IMG/VR virus record: IMGVR_UViG_3300031890_000412 | Coordinates: 62,001 to 125,723 of that record | From: an uncultured virus (IMG/VR IMGVR_UViG_3300031890_000412) | Lineage: Duplodnaviria; Heunggongvirae; Uroviricota; Caudoviricetes | DNA: 63,723 bases | Strand: one strand, 5' to 3' | The notes under the pieces: generated by a model | Seen by the model: the letters and a program-made list of their open reading frames with translations, nothing else | Databases searched by the model: none | What the model was told of the DNA's origin: nothing | Shown: piece after piece, positions 25,800-36,238 of the stretch | Numbering within the stretch: position 1 is the stretch's first letter | Layout of the letters: each line of letters begins with the position of its first letter | Position numbers and translations under genes: made by a program

Positions 25800-26642
25800 C
25801 TACGCGGGGGGGACGGTGGTGATCGGGGGCGGCGCCTGCAAACCTTCGGACAGCGGCGTAACTGCAGTTATCGGTACCGGCTGCGGCGGCATCGGGGGTA
25901 GCGCCACGTTCGGTGATGCCCCAAAATGTTCGGTCCGCAACTCTTCGGGTGCAGGCATGGAAACTAGCGCGACTGCGGTGATAGTGTTGGTGACCTCCGA
26001 GGTCGCGGTGATGCCGGGGTACTGGGTGTTCACCGTAACGGTGGCCCTGTACTCGTGCCCTTCGATGAGACCGGAAATGGTCATGGTCACGTTCCCGCTG
26101 GCGTCCACGCTCGGAGTGGGGGTGCTCCCGGTAGTGGTGTTGGCGGTGACGTCGGTCAGGTTGACGACGTAGGTGAACGGCCCGTTGGGGCTGGTGGGCT
26201 GAAGGAAACTCAGCGCGGCGGTCAGGCCCGACTCCGCAGTCAAATTCGGCACAGGAGTCCAGACGAGTGGGGTGATAGCGGTGAACATGTCCACGAAATC
26301 AACCGCAGTGCCAGGCAATCCCGCCGACACGCCGTAAATGTATGCGCGGCTTACACTTTGGACCTGCCAGCCATCGATGTCGCTGTAGCCCACGTCGGTC
26401 GCCATGATCCAGTCACCCTGATAGGCGAACTGATCGGCATCGTTGGCACGGGACAGCTTGATACGCCAGCCGCCAGGGTATTGCGGGCCAGTAAGGCTCT
26501 CGGTCTGATACCCAGCAATAGCCATGAGTTCCGCGAGCAGTGCCGCGATCAGCCCTGCGGTCTGACCATTCGGTCCCAGTGCCACCTGGATGGCCTGACT
26601 AGCCTGGGGGACGATCCGCGTGACCGGCAAAACTGCTGACAT
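25800..26642 (-). CDS. Virion protein with a fibronectin-III-like domain
   Basis: P.S.NG..TY.V and TISGL..G.EY..TV motifs; Pro-rich tail. Confidence 0.65.
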   Translation of the reverse strand: MSAVLPVTRIVPQASQAIQVALGPNGQTAGLIAALLAELMAIAGYQTESLTGPQYPGGWRIKLSRANDADQFAYQGDWIMATDVGYSDIDGWQVQSVSRAYIYGVSAGLPGTAVDFVDMFTAITPLVWTPVPNLTAESGLTAALSFLQPTSPNGPFTYVVNLTDVTANTTTGSTPTPSVDASGNVTMTISGLIEGHEYRATVTVNTQYPGITATSEVTNTITAVALVSMPAPEELRTEHFGASPNVALPPMPPQPVPITAVTPLSEGLQAPPPITTVPPA

Positions 26643-26650
26643 GATTTCTC

Positions 26651-29600
26651 CTAAAGCGGTAAAACGGTAAGGGCGCGATTATAAAAAGTGCAAGAACCAC
26701 CACTGACTTGGTACTTGGCCTTAAATATAGTCGCGCCTTGATTAAGATTCGGGATCAAGAACGTGTTTCCGGCCAATATCCAGGACCCAACCGTAGGTAC
26801 ATTATGGCCGATTGCATAGTTGTTTGGAGTATCTTGCGCTGCAAGAGTATTGGCACCTGATAAAGCCACGCCCATCATGCCCCATTGCCCAGCGGTCTGA
26901 GGATAAATTAAAGCCCCAAGCGTAACTACAACCATCCCGCTTGGGCCGACATTCACAGTCACAGTATCGGTGGTGGTAGCCAAATCAGCCCACGATGTAG
27001 AACTGGTGTTTTCGCCAGCAGGCACCTGTGCTGAAATGGGGCCTGCAACAGCAGCATCATAAAATGCCCACGAGGTCATCGAGCCGGGGAGCTGGCGGCT
27101 GATCGGCGTGATCCAGGCCGCACCAGGCGCACCGCCACCGGCATACTGCCAGCCATTGATGCCGTAATACCAATATATCCAGTGGTTGTGGGGGCCGTCG
27201 TAGTAGTCAGCACCGTCAGTTTGGGCAGTGCCGCTATAACAGCCTGTTCCCCCACCGCCCCAATTGTTTCCCGCCCCGCCATTGTAATCTGGTGCCGCGC
27301 CGTTGGTCGCACCCCAGCCCGAAGCCGCCGGGCCACCGGAAAATAAATCACCGTTGATATACGCACTGCCTGCGGCACCGCCCGTTGGTGAGCCGCCATT
27401 AGCCGCTCCCCCGCCGCCGCCATACGAATATATTTGTTGAGTTCCGCTGGGAGAAGGCCATTGAATATAGGCAACATCACCAGCAGCACCGGGATACGCT
27501 GCGTTGCTAGCGGTATCCGTTATCACACCAGTATTGCCGCCATAAAAATAGAATTCTTCATGCTGCACGACATAGTAAATGCTTTGACCAACGCCCCCAC
27601 CACCTCCGGCATAGTAGGTAAACGCTTGGCCTACAGCGGGGCCAATGGACGATCCAATGGTGACCAATCCTGTAGAAATCTGCCCTCCCGCGCCGCCATT
27701 GCCCCAGGTTCCGACACCACCACCACCACCACCGCCAGCGGCAATAGCGACCACCTCGTACTGATCGCCGGTCACCATCCCAGCAGGCGGTGTGAAGGTT
27801 CCGCTGGTGGCACCTCCCCAGCCGGATGTTCCCAAAGACGTTCCGCCGGTGCCGAATCCACCGTATCGGTAATTCGCGCCGATCTGGCCGACGTTACTGC
27901 CGTCGGTCACCTGTTGATTCAGACCATTCGGGCCGGTCAACACCAGCGTCCGCCCGACAGCCTCAAAGTTGTAGGCGTAGTTGGCAACCAGCGCACCCGA
28001 TCCAGGCAGGCCGAACGCACTACCTAGTGGAGTGTTCACCCCACCCACCACCACACCGATCCGGCAGTTGTTGGTGCTGGTGTTGGACTGGATGATCGCG
28101 TAGTGATATGAGGTCATCGTGGCGTTTGACCGCAGTATCAACATCTTTGGATAGTTGTCCGCGACATTCCAGATACCGCTCACGGTTTGGGTGTCCGTCG
28201 ATGCCTGCTGCGCGGTGTTGAGCGCACAGTTATAGACGAGTCCCGCACCGGGAGCGAGTGGAGTCACCCATCCACTGGGTAGAGTGCCCGTGAACGTCTG
28301 CTGGAACGACAATCCCGCGTTGCCGCCGCCGTAGAAGTGCGGCAGCTGTGACTGGATGCTCGCTGTCAGCGCCGCCAGCTGTAGCTGCTGGTTGGCCGCT
28401 GCTGCTGCTGCCGCATTGACCTGCGGGGTGGCCGCGCTGGGCAGAGTGGTGCCCTGCCAGTTGTTCACCAGACCCGTCAGGTGGCCGGTGAAGGACGAAG
28501 CGAGCTGCGCCAGGGGTGCCCCGATAACCGGGATGCCGTTTAATGCGGTGACCAGCGCATCGACGCTGCCCTGCGACACCGCGTTGGCGATCGCGGTCTG
28601 AACGTTGGTGTTCTGGACGAAGCTGCCCAGCGCCTGTGCGCTCTCCTGCTGTGCGTACTCCAACACAGCGGCGAGGTCGGTGGTGGCACTGGTGGCCACC
28701 TCGTGCGCGGCCTGGATGCCCGACGACATCTCGGCGGTGATGTCAGGCAGAACCTCTGCGGGGATGACGCTGCCCAGGCTGCCACCGGGTTGCTGGTTGA
28801 GCGCCGAGACCAGCTGCTGGACAGAGTTGCCGGTGTTGGTGGTGCCGGTGTACTGCTGCACCACGGTGTCGAGCACCTGCTGGGCGAGATGTTCACCGTT
28901 GGAGATCTGGGTGCCGACCTGGCCCATGGTGTTGGTCTGATTGCCGAACCCCAGCGGGAAGTTCCACGGGAAACTCGATCCACCCGCACCCAAGGCGTTG
29001 TCGATGAAGCTGGTGATCTGGGATTGGACGGGACCGAGGAGGGGAATGCTGTTGACCCCCGGCAACACCGGGACTCCGGTGCCCAGGCCGGTGGGACTGC
29101 CCATCAGGCCCGTCAGGTCGGTGAACCAGGTGGCCATCCCCGACAGCCCGCCCCCGCCGGTGGTCGTCGACCCGGTGATGGACTGCATGAGGGAATCCAC
29201 GGTGGCGTAAGGCATCCCGCCCCCGGTGGTGCCGACCTGGTACATCGCATGCACGGTGTCACCGACGCCGGGAGCGTTGGCTAACGTGACGGCTGCGCCC
29301 GACGTGGTGTAGTCGGTGCCGTAACGCTGCAGCAGCCCGTTGACGAAGACCTGCAGCGTGCCGCTGGTGGCCGTCTGGGTCAGGTTGAACAGGGTGTTGA
29401 CACCGTTGATAACTCCGGTGGGAATCTCGGAGAAGAACCTGACCGAGATGTTGTTGATGAGAGCGATCAAAGAAGATACCGGGTTATTGGTGCCACCGAC
29501 CGTGCCGTCGATGAGCTGCTGCAGCGGAGTGAAGGTGCCGCTGGATGTCATGTTGGTTAGGTATCCGGACAGCGGGTTGCTGCTGGCATCAATGACATTG

Positions 29601-31633
29601 CCGAATCCCGAGAGGATGGTGGCCGAAGGCAGTACACCCCCACCCGTGAGCCAGGTACCGACACCCGTCGCAAGCCCTGTCAGTCCGCCCGCACCCAACG
29701 TGGTGGCCGCCGGTAACGCACCACCGCTGGTGAGCCAGGTACCTACGCCTGTCGCTAGCCCCGTCAACCCTGCTGCGCCCAACGTAATACCGACAGGCAG
29801 TGCACCCAAGGCCAGCCCGGCAAGGGCCAACACCCCAGACGAGCTAAGGTTGGTCAGGTAACCCGGCAGACTGGTGACTTGGCCGATGGTTGCAGTAGTG
29901 GCTGCCGGGAGTGCACCGCCACTGGTGAGCCAGGTGGCGATCCCCGCTGCAAGGCCGGTCAACCCCGAGGCACCAAGAGTTGTCGCGGAAGGCAAGGCAC
30001 CGCCGCCGGTGAGCCACGAACCGATACCTGTTGCGAGGCCGGTCAGCTGCCCCCCGGGTAGCGTGATCCCGGCCGGGAGGGAGCCTGATGCCAGACCCGC
30101 GAGTGCCAGCACACCCGAACTGCTCAGGTTACTCAGATAGCCGGTGAGGCCGGTGATTCGGGAGATCGCCAGCATGGGGATGTTGGCCACGTTGAACAGC
30201 TGACTGGCGTCAAACTGACCAAGGGTGTTGAAGTACTGGGTGTAGGTGCTCAGGTCGGTGATGTTGGCGATCGGGATGGCTCCCAGCCCGAGGATCAGAT
30301 GGCCCAGATCGGACCCGCCGGTGCCCAGCGCGGCGTTGGCATCGGTCAGGAAGGTGGTCCAGGTCGAAAGGGGAAGCAGACCGGCCAGGCTTCCCGTCAA
30401 CCCGGCGACGCTGCTTATCGGGATGTTGCCCAACGCGGTGATCAGACTGGGGAGGTCGACGCCCAGCGAGCCCAGCGCCGCGTTGGCATCGGCCAGAAAG
30501 CTGTTCCAGGTACTCAGGGAAAGAAACGACGCCAGAGCCGCTACCAGGCCCTGGACATTGCCTTGTGGGATGTTCTGCAACCCGAGAACGAAATGACCGA
30601 TGTCGGATCCGGCCTGGCCCAACGCCGCATTGGAATCGGACAGGAAGGTGGTCCAGGTGGACAGGTCCAGCAGATTGTTCAGCGCATCTTGCAGGCCAGA
30701 GATGTTAGCAATCTCTAGCAGCGGAATGACCGCTACCTCCAATATCGTCCCGATGACCGGGGTCCCGAACAGAAGGGTCAGCAGACTGTTCCAGTCGGAC
30801 GTCGAGACACCCCCGCTGCCCGGGGTTCCCCACTCCAATCCCCCGCTGCCGTTGGAGACAACCGGGTCACCGGCTGCGGGGGTGCCTGTGATGTCGCTGT
30901 ACTGCAGCGCCGTCCCAGCCAGTCCCAGCAGGTTTTGGATGTCGGTAGTCAGCATGGACTCCGGAATGCCTCCTGCGGGCAGCTGGAAGGCACTACCGGC
31001 CAGATTGATGGTGGTGTTGAGCGTGTTCTGGAAGACCTGTGTCAGGTCGGAGAGGTTAACGTTGCCCGAGCCCAGCAGCGGAATCCACTGGCCGTTCTGG
31101 GTGTAGACCGGGGTGGTGGTGTTGGGCTGCTTGAGCGGTGTACCGATGCCGTAGGCCAGCGATCCGTTGTCGACAGTGGCAGCGTCGGGTAGCGCGCCTC
31201 CCCCGGTGTCTCCCCGGCGGGCCCGGCGGATGGTGTCGAGCAGCGAGCTGTCGGCGTTGGCCAGCCTCAGCGGGCCGTTGGCGTTGATCTGGCTGCCGTG
31301 CAGCTGGATGGGACCCGCGCCGGTGCCAATCTGCTGCTGGCCCTCGGTGGCCGGGAGGGTGATCTCGGGGGTATTGAAGGGGATCTTGGAGTCCAGGATC
31401 CAGGTGACGCCGGGCTTGGGTGTCGGCCAGGGCGCCTGGACGATGTACCACTGCTCGCCGCGTGACGGGGTGAGCTGGATGGCCCCGACGTGATAACTCA
31501 AGTCGATGACGACGGGTTTCTCGCCGCGCACCAGGCCGGTCGCGGTATTGCTGGCCGCATCGACGTTCAGGATCGCTGCAGCCTGCCTGGCGATCTGCCG
31601 AGGAGTCCCTCGGTTGTACCCGACTATGGTCAT
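26651..31633 (-). CDS. Baseplate spike/long fibre protein (1660 aa)
   Basis: N-terminal gpV-like OB segment (P..GEQWYI), internal tandem repeats and a Gly-rich region. Follows the hub gene with ATGA overlap. Confidence 0.75.
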   Translation of the reverse strand: MTIVGYNRGTPRQIARQAAAILNVDAASNTATGLVRGEKPVVIDLSYHVGAIQLTPSRGEQWYIVQAPWPTPKPGVTWILDSKIPFNTPEITLPATEGQQQIGTGAGPIQLHGSQINANGPLRLANADSSLLDTIRRARRGDTGGGALPDAATVDNGSLAYGIGTPLKQPNTTTPVYTQNGQWIPLLGSGNVNLSDLTQVFQNTLNTTINLAGSAFQLPAGGIPESMLTTDIQNLLGLAGTALQYSDITGTPAAGDPVVSNGSGGLEWGTPGSGGVSTSDWNSLLTLLFGTPVIGTILEVAVIPLLEIANISGLQDALNNLLDLSTWTTFLSDSNAALGQAGSDIGHFVLGLQNIPQGNVQGLVAALASFLSLSTWNSFLADANAALGSLGVDLPSLITALGNIPISSVAGLTGSLAGLLPLSTWTTFLTDANAALGTGGSDLGHLILGLGAIPIANITDLSTYTQYFNTLGQFDASQLFNVANIPMLAISRITGLTGYLSNLSSSGVLALAGLASGSLPAGITLPGGQLTGLATGIGSWLTGGGALPSATTLGASGLTGLAAGIATWLTSGGALPAATTATIGQVTSLPGYLTNLSSSGVLALAGLALGALPVGITLGAAGLTGLATGVGTWLTSGGALPAATTLGAGGLTGLATGVGTWLTGGGVLPSATILSGFGNVIDASSNPLSGYLTNMTSSGTFTPLQQLIDGTVGGTNNPVSSLIALINNISVRFFSEIPTGVINGVNTLFNLTQTATSGTLQVFVNGLLQRYGTDYTTSGAAVTLANAPGVGDTVHAMYQVGTTGGGMPYATVDSLMQSITGSTTTGGGGLSGMATWFTDLTGLMGSPTGLGTGVPVLPGVNSIPLLGPVQSQITSFIDNALGAGGSSFPWNFPLGFGNQTNTMGQVGTQISNGEHLAQQVLDTVVQQYTGTTNTGNSVQQLVSALNQQPGGSLGSVIPAEVLPDITAEMSSGIQAAHEVATSATTDLAAVLEYAQQESAQALGSFVQNTNVQTAIANAVSQGSVDALVTALNGIPVIGAPLAQLASSFTGHLTGLVNNWQGTTLPSAATPQVNAAAAAAANQQLQLAALTASIQSQLPHFYGGGNAGLSFQQTFTGTLPSGWVTPLAPGAGLVYNCALNTAQQASTDTQTVSGIWNVADNYPKMLILRSNATMTSYHYAIIQSNTSTNNCRIGVVVGGVNTPLGSAFGLPGSGALVANYAYNFEAVGRTLVLTGPNGLNQQVTDGSNVGQIGANYRYGGFGTGGTSLGTSGWGGATSGTFTPPAGMVTGDQYEVVAIAAGGGGGGGVGTWGNGGAGGQISTGLVTIGSSIGPAVGQAFTYYAGGGGGVGQSIYYVVQHEEFYFYGGNTGVITDTASNAAYPGAAGDVAYIQWPSPSGTQQIYSYGGGGGAANGGSPTGGAAGSAYINGDLFSGGPAASGWGATNGAAPDYNGGAGNNWGGGGTGCYSGTAQTDGADYYDGPHNHWIYWYYGINGWQYAGGGAPGAAWITPISRQLPGSMTSWAFYDAAVAGPISAQVPAGENTSSTSWADLATTTDTVTVNVGPSGMVVVTLGALIYPQTAGQWGMMGVALSGANTLAAQDTPNNYAIGHNVPTVGSWILAGNTFLIPNLNQGATIFKAKYQVSGGSCTFYNRALTVLPL
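29600..30720 (-). repeat. Coding tandem repeats in the spike/fibre gene
   Basis: Three ~50-aa LSTW..FL.D.NAALG units and four 24-aa LTGLATG.G.WLT.GG.LP.AT units. Boundaries approximate. Confidence 0.8.
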
Positions 31634-34626
31634 GTAGAAACCACCGTGGGAATGGGTGCACCGGGGGTCCCCGGGTTGACAACCGTCTGCGCCGGGGGCG
31701 GACTGTTGTCAGGGGTGTTGGGTGCGTTCCAGAGGTTTCTGATGAAGGGGTTGGACGGCGAGGACACGATCGCGGAAGTGTGGAACCCATGCTCGAAGTC
31801 GAACTGGTGGGTCACTTCATTGACGTAGAACTGCACCGAGTGACCCTGGCACAACACGCGCATACCCGGGAAAAGATCCGGCATGAAGGTCATCGAAATC
31901 GAACTTTGATACTGCGCCGACCACTTCTCCATGAACAGGCGCACGGCCAGCAGGAACTCCATTTCGGCGACGCTCGTCAGAGCGTATTCGACCTGGACGG
32001 GCCGCACCCCGAACCGCGCCATGAGCTGCTTGCCGGTCATGGTTTCTAGATCGCCGGGCGCCACTTTGCGCATCCGCTCGTACAGCTCGGTGTTCTCCAC
32101 GGTGGCATAGCCCATGGTCAACAGCCACCCGAGGGTGGCGTCCATCTCGCCAACCATGCTGACTGCACCGTTGACGTAGACGTGGGTGGCCAGCGCGTCA
32201 TCGGAGAAGTTGAGCGTCAAATCTTTCAGCTCGACGTCTTCCAAGATGAAGACCGCCGGTTTGCCGTCCATGCCAAAAAAGTCCGGATAGTAGGCGATGA
32301 AGTCACCATTGGGCGCGCTAGCGAAACTGCGCAAGCCGCCTCCGCATATCGCAGCCACCGCCTGCATGAGCGGCTGGGCGTTGATGAAGTCTTTCTCGCC
32401 GTTCATCATCCCGAACATCGCTGCGGTCTCGCTGATGAACTGGCTCGGATCGAACATATAGGTGAACAGGTTCATCGCGATCTGTTCGCTGCTGCCTCCC
32501 GACGCCGCCCCATTAACCGAACCCTCCGATGCCAGAACCGTGGAGGGGGAAGCCAACGGAGTATTACCGCCGCCACCGGCGGCCGGATTGAAAGGAGCGG
32601 CGGGATTGGGGCCGCCGTTCGAGCAGAAGCGGAAGACGCCATAGGCAGATGACGGCGAGAAGCTGGCCTTGACCCGATGGATGGGGACCCCCGGCGTAGA
32701 GGCCTCGATGATGGTGCCGTCCCCCAGCCACATCGTGGTGTGCGTCGACTGGGGCTGAATGGTGTCGCCCCGCGCGGCATTAACGCCCATGATCCGCTGG
32801 CCTTTACCGGCCTGGGAGGTGGTGTCGCGGCCGATCTCCAAGCCGATCGAGTGGAAGGCCGCCTGCATCAGGCCCGAGCAGTCATACCCGGCAGGCCCGG
32901 TACCGCCCCAGACATAGGGCTTGCCAATCTGGGCGTAGCAGAAGTTGATGGCGCCCTCGGAATCGTAGGGAAGATTGCTCGGGGCTTTAGGGCCACTGGG
33001 ACCGGGGGTGCCGCCGCCGGGACCGCTGGTCAGGATGACGGTGGGACTAGAGGTGGGGCTGTTCAAGGCGGTGGTCAACGTGGGATTGTTGCCCAGCACC
33101 GGGGCTAGGGCGGTGGTCTGCTGGACGGGCAGGCTGCTGGTTACCGCACTCGTCGCGGCGGAACCGGGAGCGGCGGTGCTGTTGCGGTACTGCTGCACGT
33201 ACTGGGTGGCCAGCGGGATGGCTGCATCGACTTTGGCCTCATAACCCGCCTGGTCACCCGCCCGTTGCACATCCCAGCCTGCCACCCCGGGATCCATGTT
33301 CTGCCACTGGTACTTCTGCAGCGCGTTGAAAAACATGGTGGCGGCCTGCCGTGGGTTCATCCGCTCGGCCGTGGTACCCCACGCACCCCCGTCCTGCTGC
33401 TGGAAGATTCCCACCGAGCTGCCGTCGTGGCCCACCGCGTCATGCGGCAGGTTCAGAGACTCTTGATTACCGGCGTTGGCATAGTTCACAATCTGGGTTC
33501 CACCGCCGGTTTCCACCATCGCCACTGCCGCCCCAATGATGGCGGCGTCTTGGTTGGTCATGGCGGTCTTGTAATTCTGAGCCACCTGCTGAGTCTGCTG
33601 CGCGTCGGTGCGGCTAGCCTGATCTCGCGATCCTTCACCGGCCGTGGCCGCCTGCGAGAGTCCGCTGGACAGCTTGATGTTGGTGGTGTTGGGTCCCATG
33701 CCGCAGGCATCACAGGCCTGCACGATCTGGGAAACGTAGAAGGCGGTGCCCCCTCCCGGGTTAATGGGCCCGGGCAATCCGGCGCCGGGGTTGTACCCGG
33801 CGTTTTGGGCGGGGGTGGGGTTGTTCGCGGAGGTACCCTCGATCAGCTGGCGGAAGTACTCACCGGCCTGCCGGTCTGTCGGCTGTTTATTCATCTGGGC
33901 TCGCAGCAGGTCCATAAAGCCGCTGGGGAACCGCTGGATGTGCACGGTGGACGGATCCCAGTGCCCCACCTTGGTCAGCAAGTCGAAGAGCATCTGGCTC
34001 AGGCCGGTGTCGCCGTATTTGCTATTCGGGTTGCTGGGATCAGGGCTCCCGCCGGGAGGAGAGTATTGCTGCTGGTTGAAAAAGTTCAGCGAATCCTGCA
34101 AGCCAGGGTTCCACCAGTAGCACAACAGCCGCTTGAGGGTGCAGGTGGCTTTGAAGGACACGATGGCCGGGTAAATTTGCAGGAAGGGGACAGAGTCCAG
34201 GTAGCCCGAGAACACTTGGATCCAGTCCCCGCCGCGCTTCATGTAGCAAGTCACGCGGTCCATGCGGTAAAACAGCGATCCCCCCATCACCGTGCCATTG
34301 GTGTAGCGCAGGCCCTTGTTGTGGCACTCCCAGATCAGGGTGGAGGCGGCGTTTTCTTTGCGGAGCACCGTACCGCGCACGATATCGGCGCTGATGTCGA
34401 ACTGCTTCCCGTTGTGCGCGATGAGGATGCGGCAGTCGGGGGAGTAGACCAGTGTTCCGTTGACCGGCGGCCAACTGGTGTTGTTCAGCGGCTGAGCGGA
34501 AGGTCCCAGGTTGGGTTGAGGCCCGGGTCCTGCTGGGACGGGCGGCGGGGTGACGGCACCTGTCGGAATGAACTGACCGGGGATCCCGGCTCCGGCCCCG
34601 GTCCTGTCTCCTGGCGTGATAGACAT
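31630..34626 (-). CDS. Baseplate hub/tail-associated lysin with transglycosylase-like and NlpC/P60 domains
   Basis: AMVET..DGSSVGIFQQ..WG...RM and IGKPYVWGGTGP.GYDCSGL..H motifs. Hub C-terminus FMPDLFPGMRV..YV.EVTH.F. Confidence 0.88.
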   Translation of the reverse strand: MSITPGDRTGAGAGIPGQFIPTGAVTPPPVPAGPGPQPNLGPSAQPLNNTSWPPVNGTLVYSPDCRILIAHNGKQFDISADIVRGTVLRKENAASTLIWECHNKGLRYTNGTVMGGSLFYRMDRVTCYMKRGGDWIQVFSGYLDSVPFLQIYPAIVSFKATCTLKRLLCYWWNPGLQDSLNFFNQQQYSPPGGSPDPSNPNSKYGDTGLSQMLFDLLTKVGHWDPSTVHIQRFPSGFMDLLRAQMNKQPTDRQAGEYFRQLIEGTSANNPTPAQNAGYNPGAGLPGPINPGGGTAFYVSQIVQACDACGMGPNTTNIKLSSGLSQAATAGEGSRDQASRTDAQQTQQVAQNYKTAMTNQDAAIIGAAVAMVETGGGTQIVNYANAGNQESLNLPHDAVGHDGSSVGIFQQQDGGAWGTTAERMNPRQAATMFFNALQKYQWQNMDPGVAGWDVQRAGDQAGYEAKVDAAIPLATQYVQQYRNSTAAPGSAATSAVTSSLPVQQTTALAPVLGNNPTLTTALNSPTSSPTVILTSGPGGGTPGPSGPKAPSNLPYDSEGAINFCYAQIGKPYVWGGTGPAGYDCSGLMQAAFHSIGLEIGRDTTSQAGKGQRIMGVNAARGDTIQPQSTHTTMWLGDGTIIEASTPGVPIHRVKASFSPSSAYGVFRFCSNGGPNPAAPFNPAAGGGGNTPLASPSTVLASEGSVNGAASGGSSEQIAMNLFTYMFDPSQFISETAAMFGMMNGEKDFINAQPLMQAVAAICGGGLRSFASAPNGDFIAYYPDFFGMDGKPAVFILEDVELKDLTLNFSDDALATHVYVNGAVSMVGEMDATLGWLLTMGYATVENTELYERMRKVAPGDLETMTGKQLMARFGVRPVQVEYALTSVAEMEFLLAVRLFMEKWSAQYQSSISMTFMPDLFPGMRVLCQGHSVQFYVNEVTHQFDFEHGFHTSAIVSSPSNPFIRNLWNAPNTPDNSPPPAQTVVNPGTPGAPIPTVVST

Positions 34627-34637
34627 CCAATCCCCTC

Positions 34638-35207
34638 CTATACGTTGATCGGCCCTTTAGGGGGCACGGGGGGCAAGGGCACCTGCCCGCCGCCGGGGAA
34701 GGGGGAGTTGGGGGATGGTGTCCCGGGACTGACATCGGGCGGCACGAACATCCCGTCGGGGCTGCCCGCCCCGTAGACGGTGTCGAACAGCGGGGCCTGA
34801 CTCACGACGAAGGTGCGTTGGGAGACGAACGAGTCGATCAGCTCGATGGCGAAGCTGGCGCGCTCGGCGTAGTGGAACCGCTCACCGCCAGCCTTGAAAC
34901 TGTGGATCAAGCCGGTCCAGTTCATGATGTTGCGCGCGGGCCAGAACAGCGTGACGCCGGGCTCGACGTAGTTGGTCAGCGCGTTGAGGTGGTGGGTCCG
35001 CACGAAGTTCTGGAAGGCCCGATACTCGGCTTGGCTGGCGAAGATGACGTCCAGCTGCAACTCGGGATGCTGGGCTTTGATCGGGAAGTAGACCATCATC
35101 TTCTTGGTCTGTCCGCTCATCATGGTGCCGAACATGGGCGCGGAAAACCGCAGGACGTTCATGGTGAACTCCCCGGCGTAGGTGGTCCGGATCAGCAGTC
35201 GGCTCAC
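34638..35207 (-). CDS. Minor tail/baseplate protein
   Basis: True start GTG 35207 (GTGA overlap, MSRLLIRTT). The longer ORF-track call is shadow overlap. Confidence 0.7.
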   Translation of the reverse strand: MSRLLIRTTYAGEFTMNVLRFSAPMFGTMMSGQTKKMMVYFPIKAQHPELQLDVIFASQAEYRAFQNFVRTHHLNALTNYVEPGVTLFWPARNIMNWTGLIHSFKAGGERFHYAERASFAIELIDSFVSQRTFVVSQAPLFDTVYGAGSPDGMFVPPDVSPGTPSPNSPFPGGGQVPLPPVPPKGPINV

Positions 35208-35386
35208 CGGAAAGCTCCCGGCGCGGGTTGGCGTATCCGCTCGTCGAAGTCGTCGGAGGTGATCATGTAGACCAGGCCAATCTCGTAACTGAAGCCGATG
35301 CCGTTGAGGTTGACGTCCGGTGGATACTGGGCGGCCACCGGATTGGGGCGCGAAATAGGACAGTTGGAGGCATAACCCATGGACAT
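35204..35386 (-). CDS. Small virion-cluster protein
   Basis: 60 aa with RBS AAGGAG. Confidence 0.65.
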   Translation of the reverse strand: MSMGYASNCPISRPNPVAAQYPPDVNLNGIGFSYEIGLVYMITSDDFDERIRQPAPGAFR

Positions 35387-35395
35387 GAGATCTCC

Positions 35396-36238
35396 TTAGA
35401 CAGTGACAACTTTGGGGCCGGGGGGAGCAGCAGGAGGAGCACCGGGAGCGGGAGGGGCACCAGGAGCTGGTGGAGCACCGGGAGCGGTGCCAGGATTGGG
35501 GTTCGTCGCGTTGGGGAGCAGAAGGGTGGAGAAGCCCCCGCCGCTTCCGCCGGTGCCGGTGCCGGGGCCCTGGTAGGGGCCGTACGCCGAGCCGCTGTTG
35601 TAGCGATCGCGCTTCCAGCCGATGCCGTCTCGCATCCTGTTCAGAGTGGTGTCGATGATGGCGCCGGAGACGATGCCGGAGACGTCTTCCTGGACCTTGA
35701 AGTGCAGCTCCAACGGCCGCACGGTGGCATCCACCTCGTCTTTGAACGGGATGGACAGCGCGTAGACCTTGAACTTCCAGTTGCGGGTCGTGTACTGGAA
35801 GGTGGCTGGCTGCGCCAGTGGGTTCTTCTGGTAATCCAGGTAGTCGCGCAGCCACAGCGCAAGGTTGGCGGCATAGGACCACCCGGCGTTCCCGGCCTCA
35901 ACAACCACGATCAGGTCGTCGATCTTGCAGGACAAGATCTGCACCACCCTGCCGCCGAACGTCTGCTCGATGTTGGTGTTGAGCGTGTAGGAGAAATTGA
36001 CCAGGTTGGGGTTGGTGCGGAAGCGCCAGGTGTGCCCGGCGTACGACAGCGAGGCGATGCCCCGCAAAGGGGACTGGAAGTCCGAGCTGGAATAGTTTTG
36101 CGGTGCCGTAACCGGGATCTGCTTGAAAGGCAGTTCCGGCATCGCCTGGACGGCCGACTGGGGGCCGAACGGATTGGTCAGCGGGTTGGTGACCGGCCCG
36201 GGTGCTGGACCGACCGGAGGCAGATTTCCAATGGGCAT
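35396..36238 (-). CDS. Tail tube initiator-like protein
   Basis: F..NP......Y....EQT.GGRVVQILS motif, directly after the tape measure. PGAPPA repeats at the C-terminus. Confidence 0.7.
   Translation of the reverse strand: MPIGNLPPVGPAPGPVTNPLTNPFGPQSAVQAMPELPFKQIPVTAPQNYSSSDFQSPLRGIASLSYAGHTWRFRTNPNLVNFSYTLNTNIEQTFGGRVVQILSCKIDDLIVVVEAGNAGWSYAANLALWLRDYLDYQKNPLAQPATFQYTTRNWKFKVYALSIPFKDEVDATVRPLELHFKVQEDVSGIVSGAIIDTTLNRMRDGIGWKRDRYNSGSAYGPYQGPGTGTGGSGGGFSTLLLPNATNPNPGTAPGAPPAPGAPPAPGAPPAAPPGPKVVTV

Noticed and set aside
29600..30170. 72-bp periodic repeats as a possible CRISPR array
   Set aside because: They are in-frame coding repeats with synonymous variation and no unique spacers.
19447..31633. 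Diversity-generating retroelement or invertible fibre cassette
   Set aside because: No reverse transcriptase or invertase, and no near-identical TR/VR pair differing at adenines. The paralogous tips are too diverged.
34638..35882. 414-aa ORF-track call
   Set aside because: The upstream part overlaps two real genes in other frames; the true start is GTG 35207.
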